NCBI GenBank assembly: GCA_050253075.1
Contig: JBFWJS010000008.1
Coordinates: 24,874-88,873, forward strand
Direction of reading: 5' to 3'
DNA: 64,000 bases
From: Deferribacterales bacterium
Lineage (GTDB): Bacteria > Chrysiogenota > Deferribacteres > Deferribacterales > Geovibrionaceae
Within the stretch, counting starts at the first letter, position 1, and every line of letters starts with the position of its first letter. Positions 8,661 to 17,992 of this stretch are shown here, one piece after another. Both the position numbers and the translations under genes were made by a program. The notes under the pieces are model-generated. The model did no database searches, was not told where the DNA came from, and worked only from the letters and a program-made list of their open reading frames with translations.

Positions 8661-11463
8661 CTATGGTCATCTCCAGTGATAGTTTTTTGAGGAAGTTCCC
8701 CTCCTCCTTTGCCAGATCGTTGAAGCTGTTGAGAGCTATCTCAAAGTTCTCTTCCCTGACGTTATATAAAACTCTGACTGCCTTACCCCTGATGTCGTCA
8801 GGATACTCTTTCATAAAGTTCTTAACTGCATCAATAAGACGTCTTCCATTATAATTTAACACAAAATACATCATCTTGTAATAGTCTACGTACGGGTCGG
8901 TATAGTTCAGGTGGTCGAGAGACGTGTATGACGCCTCGGCGTTCACAAAATCCTCAACCCACATGAAGTAATACATCGAAGCCTTGTAAAGCTCTGTGGA
9001 GCGTATTGTGATGGCACTGAGTTCCTGCAGGTATTCAAGCGCCTGATCTCTGTCGCCCATGAGTATGCTGTAGTACACCAGCTCTTTTAAGACCATGATA
9101 TCGCCCGGGTAATCGCTAGGCTTGATATCGGGCATGCCTGCGCCACGCTTCACCATTGCGTATGACTTCATAAATCTATAGAGCCTGTCGTCCTTTAAGC
9201 TGTCGTCGAAGGAGACGATCTCCCCCTCCAGCGTGCCGAGAAGGTCACGCAGTGCCCTGCCTCTGAATATGGTGTTTGGCTCACGGAGAGGATTGAGAGA
9301 CTCGAATCCGTCACCTCTGAGGTATTTGGCGATGGCGACCATAGCTGTGAGGAATGAATTATCATCCTTTTTATCACCTATGGTATCAATCACACGTGTG
9401 TATCCCTTGAAGCCCATCTCAGCGAGGAATCCAGCATAGAGCACAGGTTCGGGTATCTTTCTGTTGTTTTCTATCACCTGCACAACCCTGTCACGGACGA
9501 GGTTGTAATAGTCCAGAGCCTTATGCATCTGCCCCTTTTCACGGAAGCATATAGCCATGCCGAGATAAGCGGGGAAGTGGAAATTGTTCTGTAGTATCGC
9601 AGTGTCAAAGTGCCTTGCAGCCCTGTTCACATCGCCCATGTTCAGCTTTGCCAGCCCCATGTTGAAAAGAGCGTAAGGGTTGTTGTTCAGCAGAGTGTTA
9701 GCCTCGCTGAATTTATCATATGCTTCGTCAAATTTGTATTGGAGGAAGAGTCCTACCCCTTCGTTGTTCAGCTTTATGCCTTCGGAGTATTCTACGGAAC
9801 GCTCCAGCTCCTGCAGGGCTACGACCTTGTCATTCTCCTGCAGCATCTTATATCCCAGTGCGACGAAGTCCATCATGTCGTTAGGATCCATAAAGAGCGG
9901 ATAAAGGACAGTGGTCAGTATGTCCTCGAAAGCACCGTCAAATCTGTATGAGAAGTCTATATCCTTCATCTCTGGCTTTATGTGGAAAGAGACACGCATC
10001 AGCTTGTTATAGCTGGCTTTTCTCGCCACCTGCTCTGCCAGCAGTTCCTGAACTCCTCTGACGTCTGCCATGTTGTATTCAGCGACAAACTTATACCAGA
10101 AGCTCTCAGGGCGAACCTTATTTATACCCTGCGCAAAAGCGAGGGCGTTCTCATACTTACCGTATCTCTGCAGTATATAAGAGCGGAAAACGTAATAGTC
10201 GTTGTCTGTCTCGGGCGGAACCTTCAGCACGTGTTCTCTGGCTTTCAGCATCTGATCCTTTGCTATGTAGTATGCTGTGCGCGCCAGCTCGAGAAACGGG
10301 GATGTCCTGTCCACAAAAATGCGGTCTTTCTGTGAGTCCACATCTTCGTGATATATGATCTTATGCTTTACGACAGTGTAAAGTGTGCTGTCGGTTTTAA
10401 ATCTTCCATATGCTTTCTCAGCCATATCCCCCGCCTCACGGATGTATCCGAGGGCGATGAGTATCTCATAATACAGTCTGTAATATTTATGGGTCTCGGG
10501 GTCTATGCTGATGAGGCTTTTTATCTCGTTCTCTGCCTGCTCCATCTTACCGTCGAGGTAATATGCGTATGCGAGGCGATAGTTATATTCATTTGTAAGG
10601 TTTACGGAGATGAGGAATGTGAGGTTCTTTATCTCGTTGTAGTAGTCGCCGAGGGCATGGTATATCTCAGCCGCAAGGGAGAGAGCGTCCTCTGACCTGT
10701 TCAGCTTTATCGCACGCTCGATGGACTCAAGGGCTGCCTTGTTCATATTCAGGTTCAGATAAGCCTTTGCGAGGTTGTAATAGTCTGTATAGTCCTTGTA
10801 ATCCAGCTTTTCGATAACTTCCACGCCCCCCTGATATTCGCCCACAGCCATGAGGAAATAGCCGTAGTTTGAAAGGACGTATTTGCTGTCGTTGCCTTTA
10901 TCCATAGCCTGACGGAAATACTGGGCTGCCTTTGCCGTCTCGCCACGTTTCAGGTGGATGTTTGCCATGTTTACAAGGAGCTTTGCGGAATCTTCGTCAG
11001 TTAGCAGCTGGTCAACGTATGACTCTGCCTCGTCGAGCTGGTCTGTCTGTATGAGGACAACGGCGAGGTTCATCATAGCCTCACGGAATGTCGGGTCTTC
11101 CTGCACCGCCTGACGGAATGCCTGTTCGGATTTTCTGATATCACCCATAAGGTAATGGCTGACGCCTATGTTGTAAAAAGCGACCGACCTGTTCTTTGCC
11201 ACGCCGTTCTGATAAAATTCTATCGCTTTCTCAAATTCGCCTTTGAGGAAAAAATCATTACCTTTTGATATATCCACATCGTTGCTGAACATAGGAGAAA
11301 CGACAGGTGTAGCCTCTGTAATGGTCTCCTGGAGCTTCTGTTTCTCCGGCTGTCCGCACGAAATTATAAGAAATGGAAAAATGAAGACAAGTATAAGGGG
11401 AAAGATACGGAACGCTTTTACAGAAAGTAAGGTGTCTGTTCTTTTTTTGCTGCCCGGCGGCAT
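8650..11463 (-). CDS. large TPR-repeat lipoprotein
   Basis: 937 aa with lipobox-like LIISCGQ. Many 34-aa TPR-like units, e.g. AIEFYQNGVAKNRSVAFYNIGVSHYLMGD. Confidence 0.8.
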   Translation of the reverse strand: MPPGSKKRTDTLLSVKAFRIFPLILVFIFPFLIISCGQPEKQKLQETITEATPVVSPMFSNDVDISKGNDFFLKGEFEKAIEFYQNGVAKNRSVAFYNIGVSHYLMGDIRKSEQAFRQAVQEDPTFREAMMNLAVVLIQTDQLDEAESYVDQLLTDEDSAKLLVNMANIHLKRGETAKAAQYFRQAMDKGNDSKYVLSNYGYFLMAVGEYQGGVEVIEKLDYKDYTDYYNLAKAYLNLNMNKAALESIERAIKLNRSEDALSLAAEIYHALGDYYNEIKNLTFLISVNLTNEYNYRLAYAYYLDGKMEQAENEIKSLISIDPETHKYYRLYYEILIALGYIREAGDMAEKAYGRFKTDSTLYTVVKHKIIYHEDVDSQKDRIFVDRTSPFLELARTAYYIAKDQMLKAREHVLKVPPETDNDYYVFRSYILQRYGKYENALAFAQGINKVRPESFWYKFVAEYNMADVRGVQELLAEQVARKASYNKLMRVSFHIKPEMKDIDFSYRFDGAFEDILTTVLYPLFMDPNDMMDFVALGYKMLQENDKVVALQELERSVEYSEGIKLNNEGVGLFLQYKFDEAYDKFSEANTLLNNNPYALFNMGLAKLNMGDVNRAARHFDTAILQNNFHFPAYLGMAICFREKGQMHKALDYYNLVRDRVVQVIENNRKIPEPVLYAGFLAEMGFKGYTRVIDTIGDKKDDNSFLTAMVAIAKYLRGDGFESLNPLREPNTIFRGRALRDLLGTLEGEIVSFDDSLKDDRLYRFMKSYAMVKRGAGMPDIKPSDYPGDIMVLKELVYYSILMGDRDQALEYLQELSAITIRSTELYKASMYYFMWVEDFVNAEASYTSLDHLNYTDPYVDYYKMMYFVLNYNGRRLIDAVKNFMKEYPDDIRGKAVRVLYNVREENFEIALNSFNDLAKEEGNFLKKLSLEMTIDGL

Positions 11464-11572
11464 ACTCCGTTATCCCTCCGGTTTATGGTTGTAAAAGCAC
11501 AGGCTCCGCTGTGCCTATCATATTTAAAAATCGGACAAATTATCGAAAAGTAAAGCTACACGAGCATACTAT

Positions 11573-11974
11573 TTATTTGGTGTGTTCGTCAATGGCTCTA
11601 TTAGCCAGCATATCCGCTACCTTATTCTGCGCTCTGGGCACATGGTTAAAGGTAACTTTCTTTCCTGACAGAGTCTTATCGATCTCGAGCTTTATGGGGA
11701 TGAGCCCTGCGTTCTTGAGCTTATACTCACCCTTCATCTGCTTTACCACCAGCTCGGAATCCAGATAGAAATCGAACTGTCCGTATTCTTTAAGTATAGG
11801 ATCGTTCGCAGCCTCGAGGAGAGCCGTGTATTCTGCTATGTTGTTTGTCGCCGTGCCGATGTACTTCACCCCTGTGGCGATCTCCTGTCCGTCGGCATAT
11901 ATGACGTATCCGCATCCGGCGGGGCCGGGATTACCCCGACACGCGCCATCGCTGAATATTTTAATCTCAGGCAT
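11573..11974 (-). CDS. rnhA: ribonuclease HI
   Basis: 133 aa with FSDGACRGNPGPAGCGYV, NNIAEYTALL and a C-terminal NKVADMLA (RNase H type 1 pattern). Confidence 0.85.
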   Translation of the reverse strand: MPEIKIFSDGACRGNPGPAGCGYVIYADGQEIATGVKYIGTATNNIAEYTALLEAANDPILKEYGQFDFYLDSELVVKQMKGEYKLKNAGLIPIKLEIDKTLSGKKVTFNHVPRAQNKVADMLANRAIDEHTK

Positions 11975-12689
11975 CTGCTTCTTCGTCTTTTCTGTAATAG
12001 AGGAAACGCTGGCAGTTAGGGCACTGGAGAAGTTCTTTATCCTTCACTACCTCTACATAAAGCTGAGGTGGAACTTTGATATAGCATCCTGTGCAGGTTT
12101 CTTCCTCTACACGTACAACGGCAAGGTTGTTTCTTGCGTTTCTTACCCTGTCGTATTTAGCCAGGAGAGATTTCTTGACGCCTGATACAGACTCTTCTCT
12201 CTTTTCTTTGTTAGAAGCGAGTTCCGATGTCAGCTCAGAGTTTTCTTCGTCTCTCTGCTTAAGACCGCTTTCGTATGCAGCTTTTGCATCTTCCAGCTTT
12301 TTTGTGATGCTTTCGTCTTCGGATTGATACTTGTCCACAGCCTCAGAGAGCTCGAGTATCTTGTATTCTGCCTCATTCACGTTCTTTTTCAGAACATCCA
12401 TCTCTTTGAGAACAGCCTCATACTCTTTGTTGTTCTTCACTTCAGGAAGCTTCTTCTGAGCTTTCTCAAGCTGTGCTTTGTTTTCTTCATAGCCTGTCTG
12501 AACTTCGTTTTTGGCTTTAAGGTCCTTTTCGTACTTCTCTTTGAAAGTATCGAACTCTACCTGAGCCTCTTCCATTTCAACTTTTGCCTTTTGCAGGTAT
12601 TCCGGCATACCGGAAAGTTTCTCTTCTGCATCAGCGATAAGATTGTCCAACCTCTGGATCTCTATAAGCTTTGCTATAGCTTCAAGCAT
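11967..12689 (-). CDS. COG1579-type coiled-coil protein with C-terminal C4 zinc ribbon
   Basis: 240 aa with a long heptad-rich region, then CTGCYIKV...CPNCQRFL. Lies in the conserved Nif3 neighbourhood. Confidence 0.8.
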   Translation of the reverse strand: MLEAIAKLIEIQRLDNLIADAEEKLSGMPEYLQKAKVEMEEAQVEFDTFKEKYEKDLKAKNEVQTGYEENKAQLEKAQKKLPEVKNNKEYEAVLKEMDVLKKNVNEAEYKILELSEAVDKYQSEDESITKKLEDAKAAYESGLKQRDEENSELTSELASNKEKREESVSGVKKSLLAKYDRVRNARNNLAVVRVEEETCTGCYIKVPPQLYVEVVKDKELLQCPNCQRFLYYRKDEEADA

Positions 12690-12694
12690 TTAAA

Positions 12695-13807
12695 TTACCT
12701 CCAGTTGATAACAGAGGGCTCTTCCTCTATCACAACAGTGTCTATATTGAATTTTTTGTTAATTATTTCTGAAAGGTAGTGCATGTAAATCTTCTCGGTC
12801 TCGTAGTGCCCCGCATCAATGATCAGGATGCCGTTTTCCGCAGCATCAAGAGCATCGTGGTGCTTCATATCCCCTGTGAGGAGAACATTAACTCCTGCGC
12901 CCTTACAGGCGTTCCACATGGATGCCCCGCTGCCTGTGACAACGGCGAACTTGTTCATCTTAAGTCCATCGGGTTTCATGTTTATCTTCACAGTGTCCAG
13001 ACCGAGCTTTTCCTTAACTATTTTAAGAAAGCTCTCCACGGGCATCTCGTCTTTAAATGCGCCTATGCGCCCGATGCCGTATGTCTTGCCCATGTCGAGG
13101 CTGTATATGTCGTGTGCGACCTCTTCATAAGGATGCGCCTTTATCACTGCATCCAGAAGAGCGCCGACCCTGCGTTTGTCTATGATGGTTTCGATGCGTT
13201 TTTCATTCACCTTTTCCAGCACGTCTTTAGTACCGATAAAAGGATTGGTCCCTTCGCCGGGCATGAATGTGGCCTCGCCGGAAACTGAGAATGTACATCC
13301 GCTGTAATTGCCTATATGACCGCCGCCTGCGTCTATCATAGCCTGCCGTACGGCTTCTGCATGTGTTTCAGGTACGAAAACGGAGAATTTCACATAGTCG
13401 TGTCTCCCCTCTTTTATAAAAGGAGCGAGAACATCAGCACCCAGAATTTCACAAATGTGATCGTTCAGGCTGTAGTCTGCACGGTCGAGACTGGTGTGTG
13501 CGGCTATTATGGAAAGTTTGTTCTGAATGGCGTTTATGACCTTTCTGTCGAAAGGCTTAGAAATGTCTAAGTGTTTGATCTTACCAAAAAAAAGGGGGTG
13601 ATGAGTTATAAGTAACCCACACCCCTCTTTGATTGCTTTTTCTATAACCTTTTCGGAAGGATCTAGTGCAAGAGCTGCTTTTTTTATCTCCTGATCAGTC
13701 AGGATGAGTTGTTTGCCGCTGTTGTCCCAATCGTATTGTCGGGTTACATCTGCAAAACTTCGCTCTAAAAAGTTGAGAATGTCTTTAACTCTTATCACTC
13801 TACCCAT
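12695..13807 (-). CDS. Nif3-like dinuclear metal centre protein (GTP cyclohydrolase 1 type 2 homolog)
   Basis: ITHHPLFF, AAHTSLD and GHYETE motifs. Start moved to ATG 13807 because the longer ORF runs into the tRNA. Confidence 0.88.
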   Translation of the reverse strand: MGRVIRVKDILNFLERSFADVTRQYDWDNSGKQLILTDQEIKKAALALDPSEKVIEKAIKEGCGLLITHHPLFFGKIKHLDISKPFDRKVINAIQNKLSIIAAHTSLDRADYSLNDHICEILGADVLAPFIKEGRHDYVKFSVFVPETHAEAVRQAMIDAGGGHIGNYSGCTFSVSGEATFMPGEGTNPFIGTKDVLEKVNEKRIETIIDKRRVGALLDAVIKAHPYEEVAHDIYSLDMGKTYGIGRIGAFKDEMPVESFLKIVKEKLGLDTVKINMKPDGLKMNKFAVVTGSGASMWNACKGAGVNVLLTGDMKHHDALDAAENGILIIDAGHYETEKIYMHYLSEIINKKFNIDTVVIEEEPSVINWR

Positions 13808-13859
13808 ACCATATTTGTTGAAAGGTATGCAGCCCCTCTTTCGAGAAGCTGCATTAAAA

Positions 13860-13933
13860 TGGGCCAAGTTGGAATCGAACCAACGACCTACCGGTTATGA
13901 GCCGGTGGCTCTAGCCAACTGAGCTATTGGCCC
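13860..13933 (-). tRNA. tRNA with CAU anticodon (elongator tRNA-Met, or tRNA-Ile2 if lysidine-modified)
   Basis: Reverse complement folds as a 74-nt cloverleaf: acceptor GGGCCAA/TTGGCCC, D arm GCTC..GAGC, anticodon arm ACCGG-CTCATAA-CCGGT, T arm GTTGG-TTCGATT-CCAAC. G1-C72 excludes an initiator. CCA is not encoded. Confidence 0.9.
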
Positions 13934-14144
13934 TTATATTTAACTGTATAAGATTTTCTGTCCTAGAAAATCTTATTATCGCTTCGCTGTAACAAGTGAC
14001 AGCTACGCTCCCGCTCTGTTAAAACCTTCGCAATCTTGCTCAGGTTCACTCCGCGAGGAACATCCTGTTCCTTATATTTAACTGTATAAGATTTTCTGTA
14101 CCAGAAAATCTCACCGTAACTCCGCTGTGAGAAGTGACTCACAA
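13932..14144. repeat. 138-bp tandem duplication between rpoD stop and tRNA (two units, second diverged)
   Basis: The 42-nt stretch ccttatatttaactgtataagattttctgtNcNagaaaatct occurs at 13932-13973 and 14070-14111 with 2 mismatches. Similarity continues (cgctgtRaSaagtgac, ctgttWaaacc). Confidence 0.7.
13975..14072. repeat. Structured intergenic repeat, family B, copy 1
   Basis: Hand alignment to 57256-57339 shows shared blocks attaYcgcttcgc, gctRcgctYcc, tcactccg, and a terminal hairpin aggaaca-tcc-tgttcct. Confidence 0.6.
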
Positions 14145-14194
14145 GGGAGGACTGTTTTAACCAAAATTGACAAAATTGTCAACAAGTTTTTCGC

Positions 14195-16099
14195 TTATTC
14201 CGTAAAGGTTTTCAGAATACGGCTTCTGGTAGGGTGGCGGAGCTTTCTCAGTGCTTTTGCTTCGATCTGTCTGATACGCTCACGTGTAACATTGAATTGT
14301 TTACCTACCTCTTCCAGTGTATGGTCAGAATCGCATTCTATACCGAATCTGAGTTTGAGCACACTCGCCTCTCTGTGGGACAGTGTCTCAAGTATCTGCT
14401 TTGTATGCTCCTTCAGCTTAAGGTATGTGACCTCTTCCGAAGGGTTTTTCGCAGATTTATCTTCGATAAAGTCGCCGAGTGAGCTGTCTTCGTCTTCACC
14501 GATAGGTGTCTCGAGTGAAACAGGCTCTTTGGCGATCTTCATAACCTTTTTGATCTTCTCCACAGGGATATCCATCTTGCTGGATATCTCCTCAGGTGTG
14601 GGTTCTCTTCCCATGTCCTGCTGGAGCTGACGTGTTATCTTCATCATTTTATTGATGGTCTCTATCATATGCACAGGTATACGGATAGTACGTGCCTGAT
14701 CGGCAATAGCTCTTGTAATCGCCTGACGTATCCACCATGTAGCGTATGTAGAGAATTTATAGCCGCGTTTATATTCGAACTTTTCCACGGCTTTCATCAG
14801 ACCGATGTTACCTTCCTGTATCAGGTCAAGGAACTGCAGCCCTCTGTTTGTATACTTTTTAGCGATGGAAACAACAAGACGGAGGTTAGCCTCTATCAGC
14901 TTAGACTTCGCCATTTCTGTCTCGTTCTCGCCCATAAGGAGCGAATCATGGATAACATCGAGCTCTGCTTTATCAAAGCCGAGTCCGCCGATGCATTCAT
15001 CGAGTCCTTTCTTCGCTTTTTTATATTTTTTTATGATTATCTCATAGTCGGGCAGGCTCATGCCCCTGTTTTCGCAGGCACGTGTGAGCTCTTCCTCTGT
15101 GACAGACGACGCATCTGTATAGTCCACATATCTGATAAGTTTGCAGATCTTGTCGATCTCTCTGGATTTATCATAGATAGACTGGTGTGCGTCTTTTATC
15201 TCGTTTGCGATACTGCATATCTTAGAGTAGTTAACCTTTATCTCAAGGAGCTTGTCGGTTATCTCGTCTACGGTCTCATGCATTTTCTGCTTTATGCTGA
15301 GCATCTCGTCGATGCTGTATTTGTTCTCTTTGATCTTGTCGTTCAGATCGATGTTGTTATGCAGTTTGTCGGCGATATCCTCAAGGATAGCAATGAACTG
15401 AACCTTTATCTGTTCTTCGCGCTCCTCTGCCTGCTGCTGCTCAGCCTCGACCTCTGCCGCTATCTCTTCAAGAGTTTTAACAACTTCCGGCTCTTCAACT
15501 TTCTCTTCGCCGGCCTCTACTGCTGTTTCTTCTGTCTCGGTATCAACATCGTTTTCGTTTTCAACTGCATCCAGTTCGTCATTTTCCGCATCTGAACCGT
15601 CATCGATATCGATGATGTCTTTCAGGCGCATGCTGTCGTTACGGATGTTTCTTGCGATGTCCATGATCTTCATGGCTGTATTTGGATAGAGCAGAACAGC
15701 TCTGACGACTTTTCTCTGCCCTTCTTCGATCTCTTTAGCGACCTCTATCTCTTCCTCACGGTTAAGCAGAGGTATGTTACCCATCTCTTTCAGATAAAGC
15801 CTTACGGGGTCGTCTGTGCTGATGGATTCTTCCACCTCTTTAAGGAGAGATATTGAGTCATCGTCGTCATCATCGAGGTCATCATCCGCAGAAAACAGGT
15901 TAGGCTTATCAACCTTAGAGTCGATAACGTCGATCTTAAGCTGCGCGAGCAGCATCATGATCTCGTCTATCAGTTCGGTTGAAAGTATATCTTCTGGAAG
16001 GTTTTCGTTGATCTCATCAAAGGTAAGGAATCCCTTTTCCTTTCCCATTGCGATGATGTTTTTGACTTCTGGACTTTTTATCTTTCGGGATATAGACAT
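14195..16099 (-). CDS. rpoD: RNA polymerase sigma factor RpoD (sigma-70)
   Basis: 634 aa with an acidic non-conserved region, region 2 [27 protein letters not shown], and region 4 [27 protein letters not shown]. Confidence 0.97.
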   Translation of the reverse strand: MSISRKIKSPEVKNIIAMGKEKGFLTFDEINENLPEDILSTELIDEIMMLLAQLKIDVIDSKVDKPNLFSADDDLDDDDDDSISLLKEVEESISTDDPVRLYLKEMGNIPLLNREEEIEVAKEIEEGQRKVVRAVLLYPNTAMKIMDIARNIRNDSMRLKDIIDIDDGSDAENDELDAVENENDVDTETEETAVEAGEEKVEEPEVVKTLEEIAAEVEAEQQQAEEREEQIKVQFIAILEDIADKLHNNIDLNDKIKENKYSIDEMLSIKQKMHETVDEITDKLLEIKVNYSKICSIANEIKDAHQSIYDKSREIDKICKLIRYVDYTDASSVTEEELTRACENRGMSLPDYEIIIKKYKKAKKGLDECIGGLGFDKAELDVIHDSLLMGENETEMAKSKLIEANLRLVVSIAKKYTNRGLQFLDLIQEGNIGLMKAVEKFEYKRGYKFSTYATWWIRQAITRAIADQARTIRIPVHMIETINKMMKITRQLQQDMGREPTPEEISSKMDIPVEKIKKVMKIAKEPVSLETPIGEDEDSSLGDFIEDKSAKNPSEEVTYLKLKEHTKQILETLSHREASVLKLRFGIECDSDHTLEEVGKQFNVTRERIRQIEAKALRKLRHPTRSRILKTFTE

Positions 16100-16105
16100 A
16101 AAGTA

Positions 16106-17833
16106 TCATTCCTCCGGGTCTGACGTTCCCTGCAATTTCTTCTTAGTATTGAATTTTTCAATTATAAGCCTGCGTTTCTCATCCATGTCTGCCGCATCTT
16201 GCATTTTGCGCTTCATGGAGTCCTTCACAGAGTTGGCCAGTATCTTTTCTCTACTGGCTGCTGCCGAACGGTACAAGTCCGAATTCAAATCGTTGACTAT
16301 GATAGGAGAAAGCTCCTTAGCTATATCGGGCGTACTCAAAAGGACGTTGATATTATCACCATTTGATAAAACATCAAGAACTTTTTTATAAATTTCCGAC
16401 ATTTTCCTGTCATTAAAGTATTCGGGAAGTATGTTGTCGGTATAATTTAAGGCAACATCCTCCGGCAGCTGAACCAGCGCAGCTATGAAATCTCGTTCGC
16501 AGAAGTAGGTAACACCCCTTTCCTCTCTTCTGCTGTAGCCGGCTGCTTCGCCCGTCTTTCTTAATGTAGTTTTCGCAGCAGAAATATCAATATCCTTTCT
16601 CAAAGTATTTTCGTCTATCTGATACATCACTGCGAGTTTTTCTGCATAATGATCTTTTCGATACGGGCTTTTAATAGTAATAAGCATGTTCTTAAGTTTA
16701 TCAAGACTTCTCAATTTTGCATTGAAATCTTTTGACTTTTTTAGAAGTGCCTCAGCAGCAAAGAGAAAAAGGTCCTTCTTTGACCCCAGAAGTTCTTCAA
16801 AACCCTCTTTGCCATGCTTATCAAGGAAAGTGTCGGGGTCGTCACCCTCGGGCAGAAATATTACATATGGAAATGTTTCCGCTTTTAAAAATGTCTCCAG
16901 ACTTTTCAGGGCAGACGTATATCCCGCCTGATCCCCGTCAAAGAGCATATATATATCGCCTGTGTATCTCCGCAGGAGCGAGACATGCTCAGGCGTGAGC
17001 GATGTGCCCATGGATGCGACACAGTTGCCGTAGCCGTATTCGTGGAGCCGCATAACGTCGAAATATCCTTCGACCACCATAGCAAACTCCATCTTGCGAA
17101 GGGCTGTCTTAGCCTTGTCCATATTGAAGAGCACACGGCGTTTTTTGAATATCTCAGTCTCTGGAGAGTTTATATATTTCGGCTGCTGTCCGCTGATGGT
17201 TCTGCCTGAAAAGGCGATGGTCTTACCCGTTACGCCCTTCACGGGTATAGTAACCCTGTCGTAAAACATAAGATAGAGCCCATAGCGCCCCTCTTTAAAG
17301 AGACCCGAATTAAGCATTACGGATTTATCATACTTTCTTATATATTTGGTCACATCCACCTTAGCGGGGAAATAGCCCACCTGATATTCCTCAAGGAGTT
17401 TATCAGAGAATTTCCGCTCATACAGATACTGCAGAGCCTTTTTACCGTCGGGGGAATAAAGATATTTGCGTGAGTCTATGATGAGCTCATCATGGAGCGA
17501 GACTATATCCTTGGCGTCCTGAGAGGCGGCGGACTGCTCTAGCTCGATCTCTACACCACACCTCTCGCCGAGCATACGCACCGCATCGGGGAAGCTAAGC
17601 CCGTGATATTTCATCACGAAGGATATGGCGTTCCCACCCTCTCCGCATCCGAAACAGTGATAAAAGCCTTTATCGGGATGAACGTTAAAAGACGGCGTCT
17701 TCTCCGTGTGGAAAGGACACAAACCTTTAAAGCTCGTTCCGCTGGACTTTCTCAGAGGAACAACCTCATTCACGAGGTTATACAGATCGGTCTGCTCCAG
17801 TATTTCTTCTATCTTTGCATCAGGAATTCTCAA
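16106..17833 (-). CDS. dnaG: DNA primase
   Basis: Zinc ribbon CPFHTEKTPSFNVHPDKGFYHCFGCGEGG and TOPRIM VVEGYFDV...LFDGDQAG. Lies 6 nt upstream of rpoD. Confidence 0.95.
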   Translation of the reverse strand: MRIPDAKIEEILEQTDLYNLVNEVVPLRKSSGTSFKGLCPFHTEKTPSFNVHPDKGFYHCFGCGEGGNAISFVMKYHGLSFPDAVRMLGERCGVEIELEQSAASQDAKDIVSLHDELIIDSRKYLYSPDGKKALQYLYERKFSDKLLEEYQVGYFPAKVDVTKYIRKYDKSVMLNSGLFKEGRYGLYLMFYDRVTIPVKGVTGKTIAFSGRTISGQQPKYINSPETEIFKKRRVLFNMDKAKTALRKMEFAMVVEGYFDVMRLHEYGYGNCVASMGTSLTPEHVSLLRRYTGDIYMLFDGDQAGYTSALKSLETFLKAETFPYVIFLPEGDDPDTFLDKHGKEGFEELLGSKKDLFLFAAEALLKKSKDFNAKLRSLDKLKNMLITIKSPYRKDHYAEKLAVMYQIDENTLRKDIDISAAKTTLRKTGEAAGYSRREERGVTYFCERDFIAALVQLPEDVALNYTDNILPEYFNDRKMSEIYKKVLDVLSNGDNINVLLSTPDIAKELSPIIVNDLNSDLYRSAAASREKILANSVKDSMKRKMQDAADMDEKRRLIIEKFNTKKKLQGTSDPEE

Positions 17834-17869
17834 ACTTGAAACCTCTTATGAAAAAGGAGAAAAAAATAA

Positions 17870-17930
17870 GTCATTCTGAACAGAGTGAAGAATCTGCAAC
17901 AATCAGATCCTTCGCATAGCTCAGGATGAC
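17870..17930 (+). repeat. Palindromic intergenic element, family A, copy 1
   Basis: gtcattctgaacagagtgaagaatctg-caacaat-cagatccttcgcatagctcaggatgac, with a long imperfect inverted repeat. Confidence 0.85.
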
Positions 17931-17992
17931 TCACTAACGTTCTCTCTATATATTGTATAGACACGGACGGAAATATCAAATATATTTTTCTA

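Noticed and set aside
13704-13922. 72-aa ORF, and the long version of the Nif3 ORF reaching 13867
   Set aside because: Both run through the tRNA gene at 13860-13933. The Nif3 homolog starts naturally at ATG 13807.
13932-14144. Mini CRISPR-like array (two repeats with a spacer)
   Set aside because: There are only two units with a 138-bp period. Similarity extends into the supposed spacer, and there are no cas genes. This is a tandem duplication.
14669-15595. 308-aa plus-strand ORF
   Set aside because: It is antisense to rpoD. The sequence is low-complexity and Leu/Phe-rich, with no motifs. It is a shadow of the acidic region codons.
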